Assembly (NCBI GenBank): GCA_040507035.1
Contig: JBEVVR010000034.1
Location: forward strand, 28,589 to 92,588
Length of the DNA stretch: 64,000 nucleotides
Reading direction: 5' to 3'
DNA from: Candidatus Thiodiazotropha sp.
Lineage (GTDB): Bacteria; Pseudomonadota; Gammaproteobacteria; Chromatiales; Chromatiaceae
Shown here: positions 28,256 to 39,183 of the stretch, one piece after another
Layout of the letters: the number at the start of each line of letters is the position of its first letter
Numbering within the stretch: the stretch's first letter is position 1
Program-made: the position numbers and the translations under genes
The notes under the pieces: generated by a model
What the model saw: only the letters and a program-made list of their open reading frames with translations
What the model was told of the DNA's origin: nothing
Databases searched by the model: none

Positions 28256-29602
28256 CTAATCCGCTTCCGCCTCATCCACATCCACATCCACCGGCTCTGC
28301 CCGCAAATCGTGCGCGGTCGCCCCGGTAACCCGCACCTCGACAAAGTCCCCTGGCTCCAGATCCCAGGCCCCGGGTATAAAGACCCGGCCATCAATCTCC
28401 GGTGCGTCGGCTTCACTTCGAGCCACTATCTGCTTCTCCCTAACCTCATCCACCAGGACCACCATCTTGCGGCCTACTTTTTGCTGCAACCGCTGCCGGC
28501 TGATCTGTGCTTGAAGCTGCATAAACCGGGCACGACGCTCCTCCTTGACCGCCTCCGGCAAGGCACCCGGCAGGTCGTTTGCCTGTGCCCCTGTTACCGG
28601 CGAATAGGCAAAACAGCCGACCCGGTCTAGCTGGGCTTCGCGTAAGAAATCCAGCAATTCTTCAAATTCAGCCTCCGTCTCACCCGGGAAACCGACAATA
28701 AAGGTACTGCGCAGGGTCAATTCGGGACAGGCCTGGCGCCAACGTTCAATCCTCCGCAGCACCTTCTCCGTGGCCGCCGGTCGCTTCATGGCTTTCAACA
28801 CCCGCATATTGCCGTGCTGCAGCGGCATATCGAGATAGGGCAGGATTCGTCCCTGGGCCATCAGCGGGATCAAATCGTCCACATGGGGATAGGGATAGAC
28901 ATAGTGGAACCGTATCCAGGCCTGCATCTGCCCCAGCTCGGCAGCGAGGGCAGCCAATTTCGATGCCACAGGCCTACCCTGCCAGAAATCAGGACGGTAT
29001 TTGATATCCACACCATAGGCACTGGTGTCCTGAGAGACCACCAGCAGCTCCCTGACACCCGATTCCACGAGCCGCTGCGCCTCCTGCATAATCTCTCCAA
29101 AAGGCCGGCTCACCAGTGCTCCTCGAAGATCGGGAATGATGCAGAAGCTGCAACTGTGATTACAGCCTTCCGAAATCTTGAGATAGGCGTAGTGTCTCGG
29201 TGTCAGCTTGATACCCTGAGGTGGTACCAGATTGGTAAAGGGATCATGGGGTGGCGGCAACTGCTTGTGTACGGCTTGCATCACCTCTTGGTAGGCGTGT
29301 GGCCCGGTAACCGCCAACACCTGGGGGTGAGCGCTGCGGATTCGTGACTCATCCTTACCCAGGCAACCGGTCACTATGACCCTGCCGTTCTCCTCCAGGG
29401 CTTCACCGATCGCTTCCAGGGACTCCTCCACGGCCGCATCGATGAAACCGCAGGTATTGACCAGCACCAGATCGGCGCCATCGTAACTGGCGGAAAGCTG
29501 GTAGCCTTCGGCACGTAGTCTGCTCAGTATCTGTTCGGAATCGACCAGGTTCTTGGGACAACCCAGACTGACAAAGCCGATGTGCGGCGGATTCTCAGGC
29601 AT
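28256..29602 (-). CDS. rimO: Ribosomal protein S12 methylthiotransferase
   Basis: [18 protein letters not shown], radical-SAM motif [11 protein letters not shown]-terminal TRAM 'APEIDG'. Confidence 0.95.
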   Translation of the reverse strand: MPENPPHIGFVSLGCPKNLVDSEQILSRLRAEGYQLSASYDGADLVLVNTCGFIDAAVEESLEAIGEALEENGRVIVTGCLGKDESRIRSAHPQVLAVTGPHAYQEVMQAVHKQLPPPHDPFTNLVPPQGIKLTPRHYAYLKISEGCNHSCSFCIIPDLRGALVSRPFGEIMQEAQRLVESGVRELLVVSQDTSAYGVDIKYRPDFWQGRPVASKLAALAAELGQMQAWIRFHYVYPYPHVDDLIPLMAQGRILPYLDMPLQHGNMRVLKAMKRPAATEKVLRRIERWRQACPELTLRSTFIVGFPGETEAEFEELLDFLREAQLDRVGCFAYSPVTGAQANDLPGALPEAVKEERRARFMQLQAQISRQRLQQKVGRKMVVLVDEVREKQIVARSEADAPEIDGRVFIPGAWDLEPGDFVEVRVTGATAHDLRAEPVDVDVDEAEAD

Positions 29603-30219
29603 CTTTCATACTTCAGTCGTTGAGTCGATAGATTTCACGGCGATATCTCTCAACCTGCGATGGACCTTGTATCAGCATCCGCTACTCCGCGTATCGATTG
29701 AGAGTTAGTGACATGTTAATACGTTAAAAGGCTTCATCAAAGCTAACCTTATAGAAACAATCACTTAGATAGTTTTAGGTTAGTTTATGACAAATCCCCT
29801 GCTTCCAAGAAGCGAAAATTTGTGCGACCATGCCTCCCGATTGAGTAAATATCAGGGAATTTCGGGCGATGGCCTGACAGATTTTTCAGGCGCTGAACCC
29901 TTGATTAAATCGACTCTAACATGGCCGGCTCGTTGATATATTTGAGAGCTGCCAACCTCTGTAGTTGGTGAGGTAGTAGTATGAAAAACTGCAAGCTTTG
30001 CAAATATAGGAAGGTCTGCAATGACCTGCCGGGCATCTGCATCCTGTTCCAGTATCTGGTGGTTCTGGTAGTGGTCGTTTCTCTGGGTTTTCTCTTTGTT
30101 ACCCAGGAGATACTTGTCTGATACCCGCCCCAGCGCCTGACTTCTCCCTGGCCTGAAACAACGCCAACACACTCATCAGCCGGCTATGGCAGCGCCACCG
30201 GTGTCTGTTTTCAACCGAC

Positions 30220-30411
30220 TCAGGATCCAGTCATGGACCAGTTCCCGTGTGAGTAGTTGCGCTGTTTTAAAAGCTCGGCGGCCCGGGAGATCGAAGATTC
30301 CGGGGTTGATTCCCTGTAACCTTTCAAGAGTAACATTGCATCGAGTAGGGAAACCTCTTGAACTTCATATAGCGGGAGCTCATCATTTGTGACAATTTCT
30401 TTATTTATCAT
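30220..30411 (-). CDS. Small hypothetical ORF, possibly the 5' part of a split gene
   Basis: 63-aa ORF with protein-like composition; no family recognised. Confidence 0.3.
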   Translation of the reverse strand: MINKEIVTNDELPLYEVQEVSLLDAMLLLKGYRESTPESSISRAAELLKQRNYSHGNWSMTGS

Positions 30412-30649
30412 GATGGTGCCTACATTTATTAATCCTCCTACTTAAGGATATGTTAGACCTTTATAAGAATATTGCAAATCCGCTATGATGCCCAGGTCAG
30501 CCTCGTCCCCGCGAGAAGCCTAAGTTATACCTGAAAATGAGAGTTTACAGGTCAGTATCGAAGAGATTGGCGGTGTCTTTGCCAAAGGCTGAGACCCATA
30601 TCGGGGTGTTGGCAACAACAATCGAGCAAATAGAATTGGTGACCTGAAG

Positions 30650-31135
30650 ATGGCCGAGTTGAAACCAAAGATCGCACCGGGAAGCCGGGTCAGGATGCAC
30701 TTTTCACTGACTCTGCCGGATACGACAGAAGTCCTTTCCACCTATGGGGGAGAACCCCTGGAGTTCACCCTGGGCGACAACACCATGGAGCAGATGCTCG
30801 AGTTTGCCCTTCTGGGACTGCGAGGGGGGGATGAACAGGAGCTGCTTGTCTCAGGCGACGATGTCTACGGAGCAAGAGATGAGAACCAAATTCACTGGCT
30901 TGAACGCAACAGTTTTCCCGCAGATCAGGCACTCAATCCCGGAGAGATCATGCTATTTTCCGCCGCTGAAGGTGACGAGTTGGCCGGGGTGGTCTTGGCA
31001 GTGGAGGAAGATCTAGTGCAGATCGATTTCAATCACCCCCTTTCCGGTAAGCATTTTCACTATAAAGTCACTATCCTTGATGTCGAAGAGGCCCTTGACT
31101 CCGACCCGGTCGCAAACGATCAACTATGTCGATGA
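30650..31135 (+). CDS. fkpB: FKBP-type peptidyl-prolyl isomerase, SlpA type
   Basis: 'VRMHFSLTL', 'PLEFTLG', '[12 protein letters not shown]'; overlaps the ispH start. Confidence 0.85.
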   Translation: MAELKPKIAPGSRVRMHFSLTLPDTTEVLSTYGGEPLEFTLGDNTMEQMLEFALLGLRGGDEQELLVSGDDVYGARDENQIHWLERNSFPADQALNPGEIMLFSAAEGDELAGVVLAVEEDLVQIDFNHPLSGKHFHYKVTILDVEEALDSDPVANDQLCR

Positions 31136-32094
31136 AACAAAGTCAAACCATACTGCTTGCCAATCCCAGAGGATTTTGTGCTGGCGTCGATCGCGCCATC
31201 GAAATCGTCGAGCGCGCCCTTGAGCAGCTGGGGGCACCCATCTATGTGCGTCACGAGGTTGTGCATAATCGCTTTGTGGTTGAGAGTCTGCGCGCCCGTG
31301 GTGCTATTTTTGTCGATGAGCTGAAGGATGTGCCTGATGGACACACGGTAATATTTAGTGCCCATGGGGTTTCCCAATCGGTACGTGAAGAGGCGCAACA
31401 GCGCCATCTTCGGGTATTCGATGCCACCTGCCCATTGGTAACCAAGGTTCATCTCGAAGTTGCCCGACGCTGCCGCGATGGCTATGAGGTGATACTGATC
31501 GGCCATCGAGGACATCCGGAAGTCGAAGGCACCATGGGTCAGTGCATGAGCGATAGTGAGAACAGCCGTATCCATCTGGTGGTGACCAGTGAAGATGTGC
31601 AAAAGCTAAATATAGGACAACCCGAAAAGATAGCATTTGTCACCCAAACCACACTTTCCATCGATGATACCCAGAAGATCATCACAGACCTGCAACAACG
31701 CTTCCCGAACATCATCGGTCCCAAGAAGAACGATATCTGCTATGCGACGCAGAACCGTCAGGATGCGGTCAAGGCGCTTGCCAAAGAGTGCGACCTGGTG
31801 CTGGTCGTGGGATCACCCAACAGTTCCAACTCCAATCGACTTAGAGAGATAGCGGAGAAATTTGGTCCTCCGGCCTATCTCATCGATGGCGCCGATGACA
31901 TAGATCCGGGTTGGCTCGAGGGTAAGCATCATATCGGCGTCACAGCTGGCGCATCCGCACCGGAGATCCTGGTGGAAAACGTCATCGACAGACTCAAGCA
32001 GTGGGGTGCGGTAGAGGTGGTCGAAGGCCAAGGTAAAGAGGAACAGGTTGTCTTCGCTCTACCAAAATCTCTGTTGGGCGAATCCTTTTCCTAA
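31126..32094 (+). CDS. ispH: 4-hydroxy-3-methylbut-2-enyl diphosphate reductase
   Basis: [44 protein letters not shown]. Confidence 0.96.
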   Translation: MSMKQSQTILLANPRGFCAGVDRAIEIVERALEQLGAPIYVRHEVVHNRFVVESLRARGAIFVDELKDVPDGHTVIFSAHGVSQSVREEAQQRHLRVFDATCPLVTKVHLEVARRCRDGYEVILIGHRGHPEVEGTMGQCMSDSENSRIHLVVTSEDVQKLNIGQPEKIAFVTQTTLSIDDTQKIITDLQQRFPNIIGPKKNDICYATQNRQDAVKALAKECDLVLVVGSPNSSNSNRLREIAEKFGPPAYLIDGADDIDPGWLEGKHHIGVTAGASAPEILVENVIDRLKQWGAVEVVEGQGKEEQVVFALPKSLLGESFS

Positions 32095-32312
32095 GCATTC
32101 ATCTCGGCTCGCAGGCTTGTGTAAATCGCCAGCATAACTTTAGGTCGAAGTGCGCAGCCAACGCTGATCGATTAATCTTTTTCTTCCTATATTCAGACAT
32201 AACCCCCCGATAAACCAATAAAATCAGCCTTATTTCAGGATATACGGCCATGCTCCACCGATGAACGGTATATCGGGATTGCTGGCCATCACCTAGGCTA
32301 TGGGCAGATCCA

Positions 32313-32780
32313 GTGAGGTTTAAATCTATGCATAGAAATCAAGGATACACACTGCTCGAATTGTTGGTCACTCTAGCTATAGCCGCTGTCTTGATGACCT
32401 ATGTTGTCCCCAGTTTCATGGGCATGGTCGAACGCAACAATGTAGCCGCCACCAGCAACGAACTGTTGGGTGCGCTGCTATATGCCCGCAGTGAGGCAGT
32501 GAGAATAGAGAGCGATGTCACCTTCACCCCGGCAGCCGATGGCTGGATTGTCACCGCCGCTGGTGTCGATATCGTCGACCAGTCCGTCAACAATGAAAAC
32601 GTCACTATCGCAGCCAACCTTACCGGTGGTGATGTGACCTACAACTCCAGAGGCCGCGCCGATATCACCGCGGGGGATAATCTAGAGGTCAGCTACGATG
32701 CTGTGGTGCAAAACCGTATCTGTCTCAGTCCGATAGGTCGTCCCTACATCAAAAAGGCCGATGAAGGTAACTGCCCATGA
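32313..32780 (+). CDS. fimT: FimT/FimU-type minor pilin
   Basis: Class III signal G|YTLLELL; 'ALLYARSEAV'. Confidence 0.8.
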   Translation: MRFKSMHRNQGYTLLELLVTLAIAAVLMTYVVPSFMGMVERNNVAATSNELLGALLYARSEAVRIESDVTFTPAADGWIVTAAGVDIVDQSVNNENVTIAANLTGGDVTYNSRGRADITAGDNLEVSYDAVVQNRICLSPIGRPYIKKADEGNCP

Positions 32781-33346
32781 AATCTGAACCCCATAGCCAA
32801 CCGAAAAGACACGCCCGTGGTATGACACTGGTTGAAGTACTGATCGCAGCCGTCGTGATTGCAGTCGGATTACTGGGCGTGGCATCGCTACAGATAAGCG
32901 CCCTTCAGGGTGCAAGCGACGCCCAGTATCGCGCCAAGGCCTCCGATGCTATCGCATCCTTGGCGGATCGAATACGAGCAAACCTGTCAGCGGTCCCTGA
33001 CTATACGGGAGCGATTCCAGCAGAGTCATGCGCGATTGCGCCAGATGCTCCCATGACCACTATTGAGCGCTGTGCCATGAGTCCTGACGGCAGCGTCGCC
33101 GCTGTCTCTGAATGCACTGCCGCAGATATGGCAGCCTATGATCTGTGGGAGGTCAATTGCGCACTACAAGCGACAATGCCTGGCGCGGAACTTGAGATAG
33201 TGTGCCCCGCAGCCGGCTGTGAAGAGATGTCGCCATTGACGGTAACGATCTCATGGCAAATGCAGAACAGGAATCCGGACGTGGCCACCGATACCTTCAC
33301 CATCCATGAAGTTGTCGCAACAATCTTGCCTGGAGTACAACCATGA
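32777..33346 (+). CDS. pilV: Minor pilin PilV, copy 1
   Basis: G|MTLVEVLIA; 'GLLGVASLQ'; 'LADRIRAN'. Confidence 0.85.
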   Translation: MKSEPHSQPKRHARGMTLVEVLIAAVVIAVGLLGVASLQISALQGASDAQYRAKASDAIASLADRIRANLSAVPDYTGAIPAESCAIAPDAPMTTIERCAMSPDGSVAAVSECTAADMAAYDLWEVNCALQATMPGAELEIVCPAAGCEEMSPLTVTISWQMQNRNPDVATDTFTIHEVVATILPGVQP

Positions 33347-34173
33347 TCAGATCCACCCGCAAGCAGGCAGGTCTATCCATCATCTCCTTGATGATCGCCA
33401 GTGCAATCGGGGTTTTCCTGATTGGTGGTGCCGGAAAAATCTACCTCGACAGTAAAAATGCCTTCATTGCAAGATCGACCATCGCCGCAGCCGCTGAGAG
33501 CTCCCGGTTCGCCGTGCAGGATCTACGCCGAAACCTGGTCATGGCAGGCAGGGGCGTCACTGAACAGAATGACAATCCCTCTACTTATCTAGATCCAGAC
33601 AACAATATGAGGACCTTTCCCGCCGTTGATCCCGATAATACCGTCGCCGCAAGCTCCACCGGTATTATCGACATGGATAGCAACGACTCCAGTGCCGTTG
33701 CCGTTCGCTATGCGGAAGGACCGGCGCCTTGCGGTCAAGACGGCACCATTGACACTACGCACACCGTTCGATTCTACCGCAACGGCGATGCCGAGCTTAT
33801 CTGTCAATCCATAGAAACCGTAGCTGGCGCACTCAACACGGGCGGAGCCTTCGAGCGTGCCATGGCATCGGGTGTCGTCCTCATGCGTGCCCTCTACGGT
33901 GTGGATACGGATGCGGATGGCATTGCCAACCAATATCTGACCGCCACCGAAGTGGACAATGCCGATCGTTGGGTAAACGTGGTAACCATCAGGATTGGCA
34001 TAGTCACCAGCTCCGATACCGAAGAGCTTCCCTACACCTATCGCCCGGCAGCCGCAGAAGAGATGCGGGTGCTTGGTATGGAGCATATCGCAGCCGACAC
34101 ATCCCATTCGTTCAAGACCGCGAGCACCACCATCGCGTTGAGAAATCTAAACACCACAGTCCAGAGACAATGA
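33343..34173 (+). CDS. pilW: Minor pilin PilW, copy 1
   Basis: G|LSIISLMIA; 'RALYGVDTDADG...Y'; 'VVTIRIGIV'; terminal 'IALRN'. Confidence 0.82.
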   Translation: MIRSTRKQAGLSIISLMIASAIGVFLIGGAGKIYLDSKNAFIARSTIAAAAESSRFAVQDLRRNLVMAGRGVTEQNDNPSTYLDPDNNMRTFPAVDPDNTVAASSTGIIDMDSNDSSAVAVRYAEGPAPCGQDGTIDTTHTVRFYRNGDAELICQSIETVAGALNTGGAFERAMASGVVLMRALYGVDTDADGIANQYLTATEVDNADRWVNVVTIRIGIVTSSDTEELPYTYRPAAAEEMRVLGMEHIAADTSHSFKTASTTIALRNLNTTVQRQ

Positions 34174-34661
34174 TCATGACCATCAACCGCAAACAACTCG
34201 ATGTATGCAACCGACGCCATCAACAGCAGGGCGCGGCCCTGGTGATCGGCCTGATACTGCTCTCGGTGATCACCCTGTTAAGTGTGAGCGCCATGCGCAG
34301 CAGCAACCTCGAGACAAAGATCGCCGTCAATCATCAATTCAAGGAGTTGAGTTTCCAGGCGGCGGAAAATGCTTTGGCACAGCTGACCGGACCCGATCCT
34401 GAAATACTGGTACCGAACGCCATCTGTGCGGAACAACCGAATCCTGGTTACTACACATCGTCGGGAGTCACTCACCAACCCGATTTGAGCGCGGATGTCA
34501 CCATGCAGATGAGAGAGATCAGCCCACCTGGAAAGTACAAATTCTCCGGTTTTGGTCTGAATGTGGTCACCGTGTTGTACAAGGCCGACGCTCTGGGAAC
34601 GGTTGCAGACAACAACACCCAGACGACCAACCGCATGGAAGTCGCGCTGATCAGGAATTGA
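34170..34661 (+). CDS. pilX: Minor pilin PilX, copy 1
   Basis: G|AALVIGLILL; 'SFQAAENAL'; ATGA overlap with the pilW stop. Confidence 0.82.
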   Translation: MIMTINRKQLDVCNRRHQQQGAALVIGLILLSVITLLSVSAMRSSNLETKIAVNHQFKELSFQAAENALAQLTGPDPEILVPNAICAEQPNPGYYTSSGVTHQPDLSADVTMQMREISPPGKYKFSGFGLNVVTVLYKADALGTVADNNTQTTNRMEVALIRN

Positions 34662-34674
34662 GGAGTTATAGAGT

Positions 34675-37600
34675 ATGAGTACTATGAATAGGTTATTTCC
34701 AAAACAGCTCGTCATTTCCCTGGGGACCAGCTTCGCCATCTCCATGATGAGTTCCGTAGCAATCGCGGATGATGTAGAGATCTATCTGCAGGAACCGCCG
34801 GATCCGGTGCCGCCGAACGTACTCTTCATTCTCGACGAATCGGGCAGTATGAACAGTTCGCCAAGCCCCAGCCGCAGGGACCGCCTGGAAGATGCGATGC
34901 AGTCACTGTTCAACGACCCGGATATGGGAAATGTCAATGCAGCGATGCTAGGTTATACCACCAACTCGGGCAATAACGGCCCGCTGCTGCTGCGCGCGCT
35001 CAACGGCAATTTCAGCCTCATAGAGGACAATCTAACCAGCTTCACCAACGCCGCAGACAATCTACAAACCCGCAGTTACACACCGACAGTCAAGGCGATG
35101 GAAGCCGCTGTCGACTGGTTTCGGCGTGACCAGACCTTCATCGATGCCAACAACTTCTCCACCACATCACCCATCGCGGGTATCCCTGAAGATAACTGGT
35201 GCCGGCCCAATCATATGGTGCTGCTTACCGACGGTCGGCCCAACTCGAATTCGCCCACCAGTGGCCAAGCATATGGTTTGACCTCTTATCAAGGCACCAA
35301 CTGCGCCAGAGATGCGGCCTCCAATTGGCAAAACGGCCGCTGCGCCAGAGAGATCGCCGCTTGGGCCTTCAATACCGACCTGGAAACAGGCCCAGGCTGG
35401 TCAGATACCCAGAACATCGTCACCCATACCATCGGATTCGATACCGACAACGATGCAGCTATTCGGAACTTTATGGTCAGCATCGCAGCAGCGGGGGGTG
35501 GTAATTACTACCCGGCATCCAGTGTCTCCGACCTGGTCAGTGCCTTCACCTCGATCGTCACCGAGGCGATGGAATCGATCCCCTACGCCTACACCGCCCC
35601 GGTAATCCCCTTCAATCAGGACAATGCGGCGGTGAGCGGCAATCGCATCTTTGTGCCGATGCTGGTGCCGGCTGCGGAGACCTTCTGGAAAGGCAACCTG
35701 AAGAGCTACACCATCTCCACATCAACCAGTGCTGATGGGGTTGCGATAACCCTGACCGATGCCGACGGTAATGATATCGTCAACGATAACTACGAGTTCG
35801 TCTCATCCAGAGACCACTGGAACTCCTCGGGTCAGGATAATGCCAATCCACTGGTGGGTGGCGCAGCTCAAATGATGACAGCGTCGGGCAATCGCAACCT
35901 GTTCACCAATGTCAACCCCGGCGCATCACTCTCGGACGCCTCAAATCGTGTCGATTCTAACAACGCCCTGATCACTCATGCCATGCTCGGCTTACCCAAT
36001 GGCGACGACGCGGGGAAGGAGATCCTGCTCAACTGGATCAGTTGGGACCCTGCTGGGGCTATTAGCAGCACGCCGCCAAGTTTTGCCGTGCCCTGCGCGT
36101 CTGAAAATGGGACTTGCGATCTACCCGCGGATGTTTCCGCCACTGTTTGGTACGGCGCGAACGATAGCTGGTTTTACCAAACAGATGTCACTGGCAGCAT
36201 TGGTTGTAATAACGGTACCTTTGGCGACCCCTTGTGGGGCACAGTCAAAGCCTGTTTCTATCTGGCAACTGCCGAATCCCATGAGGGCGAAATGGGGGCA
36301 CCCCTGCATACCCAACCCGCTGTCATGGATTACGGCTCCGGTGATGTCATTTTTCTGCCTACCAGTGAAGGTGTGCTAGAAGCGTTCGATGCAGAGACCG
36401 GAGAAGAGCTCTGGGCATTCATGCCATCCGATCTGTTGGGCGATATCCAGACCATCTATAACAACAACCCAGCATCAATCCCCTACTACGGATTGGATGG
36501 GCCCTTGACCGTCTATGAGACGGGTGGCAATAAAATGGCGATAGTGGGTATGCGCAGAGGTGGCAGGAACTACTACCTGCTCGATATCACCGATCGTGAG
36601 AATCCCGAATTCGTGACCACCATCAATGCGGCCGCAGGCTTTAGCCGACTTGGCCAAACCTGGTCCAAGCCACTCTTCGTCAGCATGGAGATCAACGGTG
36701 GCAGCGCTCAGGATGTATTGATCTTCGGTGGTGGTTATGATCCGGATCAGGATAGCGCCACCACCTCGCGCAGTAACGACAACGAAGGCAATGCCATCTA
36801 TATCGTCGATGCAGAGGATGGTTCACGGCTAAGAACCATCTCCTCCGATGGCGGTGCAGACCTGACCATCAGCGATATGAACAACGGCATTGCCGGTGAC
36901 TTGCTGCCGGTGGATATCAACGCCAACGGTGTCACCGATCGTCTCTATGCCGCGGATGTCGGCGGCAGGATTATTCGCGTCGACATTCCCGACAGTGAGT
37001 TTGGCGACACCAGCCTGGATGGCGGTATCATCGCTGACATCTATGAACCCGGTGAATTCAGACGTTTCTTCAACACCCCGGAGGTTGGCTACTACAACCT
37101 GGGTGGTGTTCAATATCTGGCAATACTCCTCGGCAGCGGAAATCGGACCAATCCCCTCGATATCTCTGTCACCGACAGATTCTACATGATCAAGGATCCG
37201 AACGTCTGGGCCAAGCCCACCACCTATGTCACGGTACTCCAGAATCAACTCTATGATGCCAGTGATAATACCGTGCAGGATGGCAGCGGGAGCGATCAAA
37301 TTACAGCCGAGGCATCCCTCAGGTCGATGAACGGCTGGTACATAGACTTCGGCCTCTCGGAGAAATCCTTCTCCAAGGCCGTGCTCTACGACTATGCGGT
37401 TCTGTTTACCACCTTCAGTGCGGAGCGGTCCCCTGATATCGCAGCCTGCGAGGCCCGGGGAGCCGTGGGTGTTGGACGCTTCTACGCGATCAATATGAAG
37501 GATGCCTCCGCCATATTCGACGGTTTGGGTGGCAATGAGGGTACCCTCGACATCAATGATCGCTCTAAGGTGTTGAGCATGATGGGTATGCCCCCCTCCC

Positions 37601-37758
37601 CCACCCTCGTATTCCCCGAGGGTAGTGAAGCGGGTACACTGGGGCAGGTCGTCAAGGCACTGGTAGGTTTGGAAGAGGTCTATGAATGGCCTGATAGATT
37701 TCACCCCATCTCTTGGGAAGAGGTAATCGATGAAACTGCAGACCCAATATGCCCATAG
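34675..37758 (+). CDS. pilY1: Type IV pilus tip adhesin PilY1, copy 1 (vWA + beta-propeller, with an inserted Cys-rich module)
   Basis: MIDAS 'ILDESGSM', 'WKGNLK', 'YGLDG', 'GMRRGG', 'LGQTWSKP', 'FGGGYD', Ca-binding loop 'DINANGVTD'. Confidence 0.88.
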   Translation: MSTMNRLFPKQLVISLGTSFAISMMSSVAIADDVEIYLQEPPDPVPPNVLFILDESGSMNSSPSPSRRDRLEDAMQSLFNDPDMGNVNAAMLGYTTNSGNNGPLLLRALNGNFSLIEDNLTSFTNAADNLQTRSYTPTVKAMEAAVDWFRRDQTFIDANNFSTTSPIAGIPEDNWCRPNHMVLLTDGRPNSNSPTSGQAYGLTSYQGTNCARDAASNWQNGRCAREIAAWAFNTDLETGPGWSDTQNIVTHTIGFDTDNDAAIRNFMVSIAAAGGGNYYPASSVSDLVSAFTSIVTEAMESIPYAYTAPVIPFNQDNAAVSGNRIFVPMLVPAAETFWKGNLKSYTISTSTSADGVAITLTDADGNDIVNDNYEFVSSRDHWNSSGQDNANPLVGGAAQMMTASGNRNLFTNVNPGASLSDASNRVDSNNALITHAMLGLPNGDDAGKEILLNWISWDPAGAISSTPPSFAVPCASENGTCDLPADVSATVWYGANDSWFYQTDVTGSIGCNNGTFGDPLWGTVKACFYLATAESHEGEMGAPLHTQPAVMDYGSGDVIFLPTSEGVLEAFDAETGEELWAFMPSDLLGDIQTIYNNNPASIPYYGLDGPLTVYETGGNKMAIVGMRRGGRNYYLLDITDRENPEFVTTINAAAGFSRLGQTWSKPLFVSMEINGGSAQDVLIFGGGYDPDQDSATTSRSNDNEGNAIYIVDAEDGSRLRTISSDGGADLTISDMNNGIAGDLLPVDINANGVTDRLYAADVGGRIIRVDIPDSEFGDTSLDGGIIADIYEPGEFRRFFNTPEVGYYNLGGVQYLAILLGSGNRTNPLDISVTDRFYMIKDPNVWAKPTTYVTVLQNQLYDASDNTVQDGSGSDQITAEASLRSMNGWYIDFGLSEKSFSKAVLYDYAVLFTTFSAERSPDIAACEARGAVGVGRFYAINMKDASAIFDGLGGNEGTLDINDRSKVLSMMGMPPSPTLVFPEGSEAGTLGQVVKALVGLEEVYEWPDRFHPISWEEVIDETADPICP

Positions 37759-38161
37759 GGGCTTTACCCTGATCGAGTTAATGATCGCCGTTACCATCAT
37801 AGGATTGTTAATGGCGATCGTCATACCCAATTATCAGGAATCGGTCAGACGGGGACACCGCGGTGACGGCATGGATGCGCTGACTGCCGCTGGCCACAAG
37901 ATGGAGATAGCAAAGAGCCGGCTCGGCGCTTATCCCAACACACTGGTGGCGGCCAACATCGCCGCGGAAAGTGCCGAAGGCTACTACGGCAACCTGACCA
38001 TAGCGCCTGCCACGGCAGATTGCCCTCTCACAAGCTGTTACATATTGCAGATTGATGGGCAGAATGGGCAGGAAAATGGCAATGTCACCGCCTATCGTCT
38101 CTTTTCAACAGGACGTAAAGAGCAACTGCGCGCTGGTGTCTGGGAAGAGGGTTGGGATTAG
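37730..38161 (+). CDS. pilE: Minor pilin PilE
   Basis: G|FTLIELMIAV; 'PNYQESVRRGHR.D'. Confidence 0.85.
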   Translation: MKLQTQYAHRGFTLIELMIAVTIIGLLMAIVIPNYQESVRRGHRGDGMDALTAAGHKMEIAKSRLGAYPNTLVAANIAAESAEGYYGNLTIAPATADCPLTSCYILQIDGQNGQENGNVTAYRLFSTGRKEQLRAGVWEEGWD

Positions 38162-38605
38162 GGACCTTCGCCGTTACGCCTTCTCCGTGCACAAATGAAC
38201 AACCACACAGGGAGGTGTGGTCGTCTGATCCGCCCTGTTGATCCACTTGTTTCTTAAACACCGCTCAGAAGCATAGCCGCTTAATTGAACAGTTAAGACG
38301 GCGTTCTCCCGATGGAAGGTCAGTTTTACCCGACAAGCGGTACTTACCCTTCCAGATTACTCTCTGTAGTCTAATTTTGAACAGGGAGAGTTTCAGAATA
38401 TGGACTCAAGACAGGGATAGGCTTTGATACTATTTTGGTCCTACCGACCTATACCGATTGTCTCACCTTCATTTCTAAATCCTCCTCAATCAGCTCAGCG
38501 TGAAAACAGCGCTTGAGCGCTGGTCTCGCTTGGGACACTGAGTCGTTTTTTTATCTCCACTGCAGAGGTGCTTGCCTGCAGCAGGGCACAAGGGTGTGAA
38601 CATAC

Positions 38606-39181
38606 ATGGACAGCGTGTCACGCATCAGTCACCGAAGAACCGAGCATGGCATGACACTTGTTGAAGTGTTGATTGCGGCAGTAGTCGTGGCGGTAGGTCT
38701 GCTCGGTATCGCAAGTCTACAGATAAATGCACTCCAGGGTTCGACCCATGCCGACTACCGGACCAGGGCCATCGACTTCGCCACCGCCCTCTCGGACCGT
38801 ATGCAGGCCAATCTTATCGGTGTCGCCGACAACAACTATCTGCAGGCCCCAGCCTGTAATTTGAACTTGGCATCCGTTGCGCCCAACTGCGCAATGACAC
38901 CTGAAATGGCTGACGCCGCAACGATTGCCGACTGTGACCCTCAACAGCTGGCAAGCTACGACCTACATCAACTCGGCTGTGGGCCAGGGATAGAAAACAG
39001 CCTGCCTGGCGGAGTTCTGCAGATCGCCTGCATAGATAATGATACAAGCGATGTTGATCCTTGCAGCGATCTCTCACCCCTGTTGATAACCATCAGTTGG
39101 CAACAACAAGGCAGAGTGACCGACAGAGACCCTGGAGATGCGCAAGAGATCAGGATGACAGTCATCCCGGGGGAGCCTTAA
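38606..39181 (+). CDS. pilV: Minor pilin PilV, copy 2
   Basis: G|MTLVEVLIAAVV; paralogous to 32777-33346. Confidence 0.85.
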   Translation: MDSVSRISHRRTEHGMTLVEVLIAAVVVAVGLLGIASLQINALQGSTHADYRTRAIDFATALSDRMQANLIGVADNNYLQAPACNLNLASVAPNCAMTPEMADAATIADCDPQQLASYDLHQLGCGPGIENSLPGGVLQIACIDNDTSDVDPCSDLSPLLITISWQQQGRVTDRDPGDAQEIRMTVIPGEP

Positions 39182-39183
39182 TC

